In this document: piece by piece, positions 7,398-18,400 of the stretch
Position numbering within the stretch: position 1 is the first letter of the stretch
Layout of the letters: the number at the start of each line of letters is the position of its first letter
Virus record (IMG/VR): IMGVR_UViG_3300037991_006185
Coordinates: 1-26,592 of that record
Strand: one strand, 5' to 3'
Source: a virus
Taxonomy: Duplodnaviria > Caudoviricetes
Length of the DNA: 26,592 bases
Made by a program: the position numbers and the translations under genes
The notes under the pieces: model-generated
What the model saw: only the letters and a program-made list of their open reading frames with translations
Told to the model about the DNA's origin: nothing
The model's database searches: none

Positions 7398-9458
7398 TTA
7401 GTTTACTAAAGAATAATCTATTCTTTTAAATGTAACATCTGTTTTAGTATAATCCACAGAATAGTATCCATTTTTACCTAAAATAGATGCTTTAGGTACT
7501 TCTTGTGCCATTACTCCTTCAAATACTCCTCCACCATATAATTTAGAATCAATATATTCAAATCTATAAATGTTAATTCCTGAAGGTGACGTACCTACTT
7601 TTGTAATATTTTTCTTAAGTCTTCTATCTGATATACAAGCAGTAACAGATTCAACTCTACCATTAGAAAACGCTCCAAATTCTAAAGCGTATGAATCTCT
7701 TCCATCAACTACTTTTAAATATCCATTTTCTGCTCTTGCAGATGCTCCAGTTATTACATTTAATGGAGTTAAAACATCAGTATTTTGAAGATACATAACC
7801 ATACCAGCTTGTAATGTTGATGAAAGACTGTACATTGTTATAGTATTATCTTCTAAATTACATGCATTAAGAGCAGATGTAGCTAAAAAACTTGATTCTT
7901 CTTCATCATAATACACAGTATATGAAGTAAATGAAAATCCATCCATATCTTCTCCTGCAGGTAAGTATGTTTCATCATCATCACTACTATCCATATCAGC
8001 CCAGGCTAATGATTGTGAATGACCTCCACCTCTTGCAGGTGTAGTAATAAAAACATCTCCAGCATTTAAATTAGTAAAACGACAAGATGCAAATGCATGT
8101 GATGTTGTGTTAGAAAAACCATTTGTTGAGTTACCAAGTGCATATGATTCAACAAATGTTCTTGATGAATTAAATCTTTGAACTACTCCTCCTCCTGCGC
8201 TTCCTGTAAATAAACTCATATGTACTTGCCAATTACCTCCTCCTGGGTTGCAATGAAATGATGATGCAGCATTTGATCCTACGTGAGGAGTCATTTCAGT
8301 TCCATCACCATCACCTTGTGATTCAGCTGCAAATAAAGCACCTTGGCCCTCTGATCCTGTTGGGTCTGAAAAAGTTACTGCTGGTGATCCTGCAAACTTA
8401 GATGCAGTATTTGCTCCTGTGTTAGAGTCATTTCTTGCCCATTTTTCTACACTTGTTGATAGTGAAAATTCTGTTGTTGAAGTTGATGCAGTACGTGTTT
8501 TTACTTGATAATTTGAAGTTGACCCATCTCTAGTTTGATAAGGTCCAGCACAAGCTAATATATGCCCACCTTGTGAATACCAACCATATTTTGGTTCTGG
8601 GGTTAAAGGATACATCGGAACAGAATCATATAATGATGACCCAGTTGATCTACCTCTCCAAGCGCACATTAAAACATTAGAACCTGCAAAATATGCTCTA
8701 CCACCACTTACCATATTTGTGTTATATTCATCATATGCAGCATTCCATTCATCATCTAAGTCTACTGTTGTAGAAGTTACATTTGAATTTGACGTAGTAG
8801 TGTATCTTACCTGAAAAAAAGCACCACCAGTAACATCTGGTTCATAATCTGTACAAAATATATAAAATTTATTACCATTTGTAGTTGACTCTCTATCATT
8901 TCTAGTAGCAAATCCATATCCTGAAAATCCAGCGTAAGCACCATATAATCCTGGAAGTCCATTATAATATAAAGAAAATGGTTTATCACATTCTATTCTA
9001 TCCCCAACAGATAAAGAGTTTACATTAGTTACAGTTCCTGCATTAGTTACTGTTCCTTGTGAAGATCCATTTTTATAAATAGTTGTGTTATCACACCAAT
9101 TTATAACTCTATAATTTCCTCCATATACAATAAAAAACATATTAGCATACTCACCTAAACTCCAGCCAGAACTAATCATATGTCTTATTATACCTCTAGT
9201 TTGATTTCCTTGAGTATCTAATGGTATTCCTTTCAAATACCCCATTTCAATCTTCCCATCATCTGGTCCATCTATAGTTATTGAAGGTATACCTGGATTA
9301 AAACCTATTACATTAGTTAATAATGAGAATTTACTAAAAGTACTCACAACATTTGAACCACCTACGATACCTGTATACCATCTTAATGGTACCCATCTAT
9401 TTTTTGAACCTACTATATATAATGCTATATCACCTAATTCTAAATTTGATAATGCCAT
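7398..9458 (-). CDS. Putative fibre/adhesin protein with C-terminal Peptidase_S74-like chaperone, 686 aa
   Basis: Gly/Ser/Thr/aromatic beta-rich body; C-terminal SDRRLKKNI...GINIYRFEY...GVMAQEV...GYYSVDY (7401-7631). ATG directly abuts the TAG of the upstream giant gene. Confidence 0.75.
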   Translation of the reverse strand: MALSNLELGDIALYIVGSKNRWVPLRWYTGIVGGSNVVSTFSKFSLLTNVIGFNPGIPSITIDGPDDGKIEMGYLKGIPLDTQGNQTRGIIRHMISSGWSLGEYANMFFIVYGGNYRVINWCDNTTIYKNGSSQGTVTNAGTVTNVNSLSVGDRIECDKPFSLYYNGLPGLYGAYAGFSGYGFATRNDRESTTNGNKFYIFCTDYEPDVTGGAFFQVRYTTTSNSNVTSTTVDLDDEWNAAYDEYNTNMVSGGRAYFAGSNVLMCAWRGRSTGSSLYDSVPMYPLTPEPKYGWYSQGGHILACAGPYQTRDGSTSNYQVKTRTASTSTTEFSLSTSVEKWARNDSNTGANTASKFAGSPAVTFSDPTGSEGQGALFAAESQGDGDGTEMTPHVGSNAASSFHCNPGGGNWQVHMSLFTGSAGGGVVQRFNSSRTFVESYALGNSTNGFSNTTSHAFASCRFTNLNAGDVFITTPARGGGHSQSLAWADMDSSDDDETYLPAGEDMDGFSFTSYTVYYDEEESSFLATSALNACNLEDNTITMYSLSSTLQAGMVMYLQNTDVLTPLNVITGASARAENGYLKVVDGRDSYALEFGAFSNGRVESVTACISDRRLKKNITKVGTSPSGINIYRFEYIDSKLYGGGVFEGVMAQEVPKASILGKNGYYSVDYTKTDVTFKRIDYSLVN

Positions 9459-12400
9459 CTATTTCTTTTTTAATTCATTAACTTCAGCTTTTAATTCTTT
9501 AATAGCTTCAATTAATAATGCAACAATTTTTTCGTATTGAACTGCTTTATACCCATTTGGTCTTGTAGTTACAATTTCTGGTAGAACTTTTTCTATTTCT
9601 TGGGCTATTACACCAACGTCAGATCCTTTATTACTATGTTGAGATCTTATTTCTTCATCAGTAAGTTCTTTCCAATCAAAAGTATTACCACTTATTTGTG
9701 AAACTTTATCTAAAGCATTTTCAATTGATTTAATATTTTCTTTCCATCTTCTATCTGATGATGAGAATGCTATAATATCATTTTCAGCTCTAATCATACC
9801 ATCTGTAGATACAGTAGCAGCACCTAATCCTACTCTTAATCTTTCAGCTGTTAATTGACCTGTTGAATTTGCAAATACTAAATCTGATGAACCTGCTGCT
9901 GAACCACCGTTATTATAGATAACTTGTGTATTTGATCCTCCTATTGGTCCTGTAGCTCCATCATTACCTGATGATCCTGATGATCCTGAAGATCCACTTG
10001 ATCCTGAAGTACCATTGTTTCCATTATTACCATCATTTCCATCATTACCTGAGGAACCTGATGTACCATTGTTTCCATTGTTTCCATCATTTCCATCGTT
10101 ACCTGATGATCCAGATGTACCATTATTTCCATTATTACCATCGTTACCTGATGATCCAGATGTACCATTATTTCCATTATTACCATCATTACCATCGTTA
10201 CCTGAGGAACCTGATGAACCTGATGTACCACTGTTTCCATCATTACCATCATTACCTGAGGAGCCACTTGATCCTGATGTACCGTTGTTTCCATTATTTC
10301 CATCGTTACCTGATGATCCACTTGATCCTGAAGTACCACTATTTCCGTTATTTCCATCATTACCTGATGATCCTGATGATCCTGAAGATCCTGAAGTACC
10401 ATTGTTTCCATTATTTCCATCATTACCTGATGATCCTGAAGAACCTGAAGATCCACTTGATCCTGATGTACCGTTGTTTCCATTGTTTCCATCATTTCCT
10501 GATGTACCTGAATTACCTGATGATCCTGAAGAACCTGAAGTACCACTGTTTCCATTGTTACCATCATTACCTGATGAACCACTAGAGCCACTTGATCCTG
10601 ATGTACCATTGTTTCCATTATTTCCATCATTTCCTGAAGATCCTGATGATCCTGATGATCCTGAAGTACCATTATTACCATCGTTACCTGATGTACCTGA
10701 ATTACCTGATGATCCTGAAGAACCTGATGATCCTGAAGTACCGTTATTTCCGTTATTTCCATCGTTACCTGAAGTTCCTGAGTTTCCTGATGAACCACTT
10801 GAACCACTAGATCCTGATGTACCATTGTTTCCATTGTTTCCATCATTACCTGATGAACCTGATGATCCTGATGAACCTGATGTACCGGAATTACCTGAAG
10901 ATCCTGAAGATCCAGACGAACCACTTGAACCACTAGTTCCTGAATTACCTGACGAACCTGATGAACCACTTGATCCTGATGTACCATTATTACCATCATT
11001 ACCTGACGTACCTGAGTTACCAGATGATCCTGAAGAACCTGACGTTCCATTATTACCGTCATCACCTGATGAACCTGAAGATCCACTTGAACCTGACGTA
11101 CCTGAATTACCTGAAGATCCACTAGAACCACTTGAACCTGAAGAACCTGAAGTACCCGAATTTCCTGATGAACCAGATGTACCTGAATTTCCTGAAGATC
11201 CTGAAGATCCACTAGAACCACTTGATCCAGAAGTACCTGAATTACCTGAAGATCCACTTGATCCTGATGATCCTGATGAACCTGATGTACCTGAATTCCC
11301 TGATGAACCTGAAGATCCTGATGAACCACTTGAACCTGAAGTGCCTGATAAACCTGTTGGTACAAATAATATTGTATATTTTTGTCCAGCTGTAGGTCTA
11401 ATACCTTCAACGTAAGTTAATGAATATTGTATAGTGTTTGATACTCCAGTTCCAGCACTACCTTTAACAGTAAATATTACAAAATCTTCTTGATTTGCTT
11501 GTAATATATTTCTTATTATTATTGTCCCTCTATTATTTGCATTACCATTATCATCCCATGATAATAAATAATCTCTAACATCACCTCCAGTACCATCTTC
11601 ATCTCTAATAGCAATTTGAGTAATATCTGCAACTGTATTGTTATTTAATCTAAATTCTTGAGGTGATGGAGATGCTCCTGTATTTGTATTTGCTTCAAAT
11701 TCGTAAAGTAATCCTCCATTATTTCCATCACTACCTGATGTACCTGAATTACCTGATGAACCACTTGAACCACTTGAACCACTAGTTCCTGAATTACCTG
11801 AAGATCCTGAAGATCCCGAAGAACCACTTGATCCTGATGTACCTGAATTTCCTGACGATCCACTTGATCCTGATGATCCTGAAGATCCTGATGTACCATT
11901 ATTACCATCATCACCTGATGATCCCGAACTTCCACTTGAACCTGAAGATCCAGAAGTTCCTGAATTTCCTGACGATCCTGAAGAACCTGATGATCCTGAG
12001 GAACCAGATGTACCTGAATTACCTGAAGATCCTGATGATCCACTAGATCCTGAAGATCCTGATGTACCTGAGTTACCACTTGAACCAGAGGTACCTGAGT
12101 TTCCTGATGATCCTGATGATCCTGATGAACCACTTGATCCTGAAGTACCGTTATTACCATCGTTACCTGATGATCCTGAAGATCCACTTGATCCTGAAGA
12201 CCCTGATGTACCATTGTTTCCATCATTACCTGAAGATCCTGAAGAACCTGAAGATCCTGATGAACCTGAAGTACCTGAATTTCCTGATGATCCACTTGAT
12301 CCTGAAGAACCTGATGTACCATTGTTTCCATCATCACCTGATGATCCTGATGAACCAGATGAACCACTTGATCCAGAAGTACCTGAGTTACCAGATGATC

Positions 12401-15400
12401 CTGATGAACCTGATGATCCACTTGAACCTGATGTACCTGAATTACCAGATGAACCTGAAGATCCACTTGAACCTGAAGATCCTGAAGTACCTGAATTACC
12501 AATATTTACAAAGTCTATAACAACACTATCACCATTTGTAAAATCTGTATCTACTAAAGGATCTATTGTGAATGTATAAACACCACCTGATTTACTTCCA
12601 GCACTTACTATTTTTAATATTGCAATTTCAGCACCTGTACTATCTTTATCTTGTACAGTAACTATTCCTCTACCTGTTGTATTATTTCCTGTATCATCCC
12701 ATGAATCTATCCAATCAGTCATATTAACACCAGCCTGACTAACTTGGTTTATTTTTAATTCATCAGTATTAAAAAATATTTCACCAGATGTTATTGTTGT
12801 TCCTTGTGAATCGAATTGATAAGGTACTCCTCCTCTATCACCTGATGATCCTGAAGATCCTGATGAACCTGATGATCCTGAAGATCCTGACGTACCAGAA
12901 TTACCTGAAGAACCTGAAGAACCACTTGATCCTGAGGAACCAGATGTACCTGAATTACCTGAAGATCCACTTGAACCTGATGATCCTGAAGAACCTGACG
13001 TTCCATCATTACCATCATCACCTGATGAACCTGATGATCCTGAAGATCCTGAAGATCCAGATGTACCTGAATTTCCTGATGAACCTGAAGAACCAGAAGA
13101 TCCACTTGAACCACTTGTTCCTGAGTTACCTGATGATCCTGAACTACCACTTGAACCAGAAGTACCATCATTACCATCATTACCTGAAGAACCTGATGAA
13201 CCACTTGATCCTGAAGAACCTGATGTACCATTGTTACCATCGTTACCTGAAGAGCCTGATGATCCACTTGAACCTGAAGATCCAGATGTACCTGAATTTC
13301 CTGATGAACCTGATGATCCACTAGAACCTGAAGATCCTGAAGTACCTGAAGTACCTGAATTACCAGATGATCCTGATGAACCTGATGAACCTGAAGATCC
13401 AGAAGTACCCGAATTTCCTGATGAACCTGATGAACCACTAGATCCTGATGAACCTGAAGTACCTGAATTACCAGATGATCCTGATGAACCACTAGACCCT
13501 GATGAACCAGAAGTACCATCATTTCCATCATTACCTGATTGTGCCCATATAAAGGCAACGTTATCTGCACCACTAAATGGTATTGAATCTGAAGTTGTTA
13601 GTGGTGTAACTGTAAATGAATAAACGGATGATGCTTTTGCTGCAGCTGTTACTTTAAAGACAGTAAACTCAGTACTATCAGCAGCTGTAGTTAAATATAA
13701 ATATCCTTCTGAATTTGAATTACCAGCATCATCCCAAGATCCTAAGAAAGCATCTGCATCAACTGAACCAATAGCTTCTTCATTAACATATATTTGAGTT
13801 ATACTTCCAAATGTACCACTATTAAAAGCAAATACTCCACTACTTGGATTAGCACTTGTAGCTGTTGTGAATCTCCATTGTATACCTGGTTGTTTACCTG
13901 ATGAACCACTTGAACCTGATGAACCAGATGATCCACTTGAACCAGAAGTTCCTGAGTTACCTGATGAACCTGATGAACCAGAAGATCCACTTGAACCACT
14001 AGTACCTGAGTTTCCTGATGAACCTGATGAACCACTTGAACCTGATGATCCTGAAGTACCATCATTACCTGAAGATCCTGATGAACCACTTGATCCACTT
14101 GATCCTGATGTACCATTATTACCGTCATTCCCTGAAGAACCCGAAGATCCACTTGAACCTGAAGATCCAGAAGTACCTGAGTTACCTGATGATCCTGATG
14201 AACCACTTGAACCAGAAGTACCATCATTACCTGATGATCCACTAGAACCACTTGAACCCGATGAACCAGAAGTACCATCGTTACCAGATGTACCATCTGT
14301 ACCAGATGAACCAGATGATCCTGATGAACCACTTGATCCACTTGTTCCCGAGTTACCTGATGAACCTGAAGATCCTGAAGATCCACTTGAGCCAGAAGTA
14401 CCAGAATTACCTGAAGAACCTGAAGATCCACTTGAACCTGAAGATCCTGAAGTGCCTGAATTTCCTGATGAACCACTAGAACCACTTGATCCTGAAGTAC
14501 CTGCTTCACCTGTTGCTGAGAAATTAATTACAATTTTATCTGCATTACTAAATGGTGTATTACCATCTGATGCTATAAAATCAACAGCAAATACTACTTG
14601 ATTTGAAGCTGTACTTGTAATTGATTTAACTTTATATGTTGCAAATCCTGTACCACCAGTTGATTTTTGTATTACTAAATAACCTCTATTATTAGTAAAT
14701 CCTGCATCATCAAAAGTTTCTAAATAACCCCCTTGAGCATTACCTAAAGAATCTGTATCATTAATAGTTACTTGACCAACCAATTCTGCATCAGCATTAC
14801 TAAATCTTAATTGACCTGATGTTGTAGTACCCCCTACTGTTGATGAAAAATTATAACTTATACCTCCTTTTAATCCTGACGATCCACTTGAACCACTTGA
14901 ACCACTTGATCCTGACGATCCTGATGTACCTGAATTACCTGATGAACCTGATGAACCTGAAGAACCTGAAGAACCTGATGTACCTGAGTTTCCTGAAGAA
15001 CCTGATGATCCACTTGATCCTGAAGATCCTGAAGTTCCATCATTACCATCATTACCTGAAGAACCTGATGATCCAGATGATCCACTTGAACCACTAGTAC
15101 CTGAATTACCTGATGATCCTGAAGATCCTGAAGAACCACTTGAACCACTTGTTCCTGAGTTTCCTGAAGATCCTGAAGATCCTGAAGATCCTGAAGTTCC
15201 ATCATTACCTGATGTACCGTCTGTACCTGATGAACCACTCGATCCCGAAGAACCAGAAGTACCATCATTACCATCGTTACCTGAAGAACCTGATGAACCA
15301 CTTGAACCACTAGATCCTGATGTACCATCATTACCATCATTACCAGATGAACCACTTGATCCACTTGAACCAGATGAACCAGAAGTACCATCATTACCAT

Positions 15401-18400
15401 CATTACCGGATGTACCATCTGTACCTGATGAACCAGATGAGCCACTTGAACCACTTGTTCCTGAGTTACCTGAAGATCCTGAAGATCCACTTGAACCAGA
15501 AGTTCCATCATTACCATCGTTACCTGATGATCCTGATGAACCTGATGAACCTGATGATCCTGAAGTACCATCATTTCCTGAAGATCCTGAAGATCCACTA
15601 GAACCACTTGATCCAGAAGTACCTGAATTACCAGATGATCCCGATGAACCTGAACTTCCACTTGATCCTGAAGTACCTGAATTACCTGACGAACCTGATG
15701 AACCACTAGATCCTGAAGATCCTGATGTACCATTATCACCATCATTACCTGATGAACCACTTGATCCAGATGAACCACTGGATCCTGACGTTCCTGCTGT
15801 ACCTGTTGATGAAAATTGTATACTTACTTTATCTGCATTACTAAATGGTGTAGAGCTATTTGATGCTAAAAATGCAACTTCAAGTGTTACTTGGTTATTA
15901 GATGTACTTGCAATAGCATTTACAGTATATGAAGCAAATCCTACTGACCCATCAGCTTTTGTTATTACTAAATAACCTCTATTATCAGCAAATCCTGCAT
16001 CATCAAAAGATTCTAAATAACCTGATTGATTTTGAGTTAAGGCATCTACATCATTAATAATAACATTACCTGCCTGTTCAGCATCAGCATTATCAAATCT
16101 TAATTGACCTGATGTTGTAGTACCCCCTACTGTTGTTGAAAAATTATATTTTATTCCTCCTTGTAAACCTGATGATCCTGAAGATCCTGATGATCCACTT
16201 GAACCAGATGAACCTGAAGTTCCTGAGTTACCTGATGAACCTGAAGATCCTGAAGATCCTGAAGAACCTGATGTACCTGAATTACCCGATGAACCTGATG
16301 ATCCTGATGAACCACTTGATCCTGAAGTTCCATCATTACCTGATGATCCCGAAGATCCACTTGATCCTGATGAACCTGAAGTACCATCATTTCCTGAAGT
16401 ACCATCTGTACCAGAAGAACCTGATGAACCGCTTGAACCAGATGTACCATCGTTACCCGAAGATCCTGATGATCCTGATGATCCTGATGAACCTGAAGTT
16501 CCGTCATTACCAGATGTACCATCTGTACCTGAAGAACCTGATGAACCAGAAGAACCTGAAGTTCCATCATTACCAGATGAACCTGAACTACCACTTGAAC
16601 CAGATGTACCTGAGTTACCTGATGAACCTGATGAACCACTTGAACCACTTGAACCTGATGTACCATCGTTTCCTGATGATCCTGAAGATCCACTTGATCC
16701 AGATGAACCTGAAGTTCCTGAATTACCTGATGAACCTGAAGATCCCGAAGATCCTGAAGTACCATCTTGACCATATGGTAAGAATGAGAAGTTTACTGTT
16801 GAACCATTTGAAAATGGATTTGCACTAGATGATTCAGTAATTGATCCTGCTAATGTAATTACGTCTCCAACATTTGATATACTAGTATATTCAAATCTCA
16901 TTAATGGATTTTGGTTCATTGTTAATGATCCAGGCATTGATGGATTTGGAATTGAAGTACCATCATCATCTACATTAAAATAACTTACTTGTGTAGCTAA
17001 ATTTTGTGTTGCATTATTAAATTTAAATTCTCCTGAACTTAAAGTAGCTCCAGTATTAGATTGGAATATCATTGGGAAATTTTGAGCTGCATCAATTCCT
17101 GAAGTACCTGATGTACCTGAAGTTCCTGATGAGCCACTTGAACCACTTGATCCTGAAGATCCTGATGTACCTGAGTTTCCTGAAGAACCTGATGAACCAC
17201 TTGATCCTGATGAACCCGAAGTTCCATCATTTCCTGATGATCCCGAAGATCCACTTGATCCTGATGAACCTGAAGTTCCGTCATTACCTGAAGAACCTGA
17301 AGAACCTGAACTACCACTTGATCCTGAAGTACCATCATTACCTGATGAACCTGATGTACCATCATTTCCTGATGATCCTGATGAGCCACTTGATCCTGAA
17401 GAACCTGATGTACCATCATTACCTGATGAACCTGAAGAACCTGAACTACCACTTGAACCAGAAGTTCCATCATTACCTGAAGAACCACTTGAACCACTTG
17501 ATCCTGATGAACCTGATGTTCCATCATTACCTGAAGTACCATCTGTACCTGAAGATCCGGATGAACCTGAAGATCCACTTGAACCTGACGTACCTGAATT
17601 TCCTGACGAACCTGAACTTCCACTTGATCCTGATGATCCTGAAGTACCGTCATTTCCTGAAGTACCATCTGTTCCTGAAGATCCTGATGATCCCGAAGTA
17701 CCATCATTACCAGATGATCCTGATGAACCAGATGAACCTGAAGAACCTGATGTTCCATCGTTACCTGATGATCCTGATGATCCTGATGATCCACTTGAGC
17801 CCGAAGTTCCATCGTTTCCTGAGGTACCATCTGTTCCAGATGAACCTGAAGATCCTGAAGTTCCATCATTACCAGATGAACCAGAAGATCCTGAAGAACC
17901 TGATGTACCTGAGTTACCTGAAGAACCTGAAGATCCACTTGATCCTGAAGATCCTGAAGTACCATCTGTACCTGAAGTACCGTCTGTTCCTGATGATCCA
18001 CTTGATCCTGAAGTACCATCATTACCTGACGATCCTGAAGAACCTGATGAACCTGAAGATCCTGATGTACCTGAAGTACCATCTGTACCTGAAGTACCAT
18101 CTGTTCCAGACGAACCTGATGATCCTGATGAACCTGATGTTCCTGAGTTACCTGATGAACCTGATGAACCACTTGAACCTGATGAACCAGATGTTCCTGA
18201 TGTTCCTGATGATCCAGATGATCCTGATGAACCACTTGAACCACTTGTTCCTGTATTACCTGAAGATCCTGAACTACCACTTGATCCTGAAGAACCTGAA
18301 GTACCTGAATTACCTGATGAACCTGAAGAACCTGAAGATCCAGATGAACCTGATGTACCATCATCACCTGAAGAGCCACTTGAACCACTAGATCCTGAAG

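Noticed and set aside
1399-7788. Plus-strand ORFs (1399, 3683, 3921, 4278, 5169, 7570)
   Set aside because: Antisense to well-supported structural genes; expected from codon bias; no recognisable motifs.
8807-8989. 60-aa minus-strand ORF inside the 686-aa gene
   Set aside because: Short, out of frame, nested, with no supporting signal.
14802-16135. Diversity-generating retroelement TR/VR pair
   Set aside because: Both copies are coding, differences are not adenine-specific, and no reverse transcriptase is in the window.
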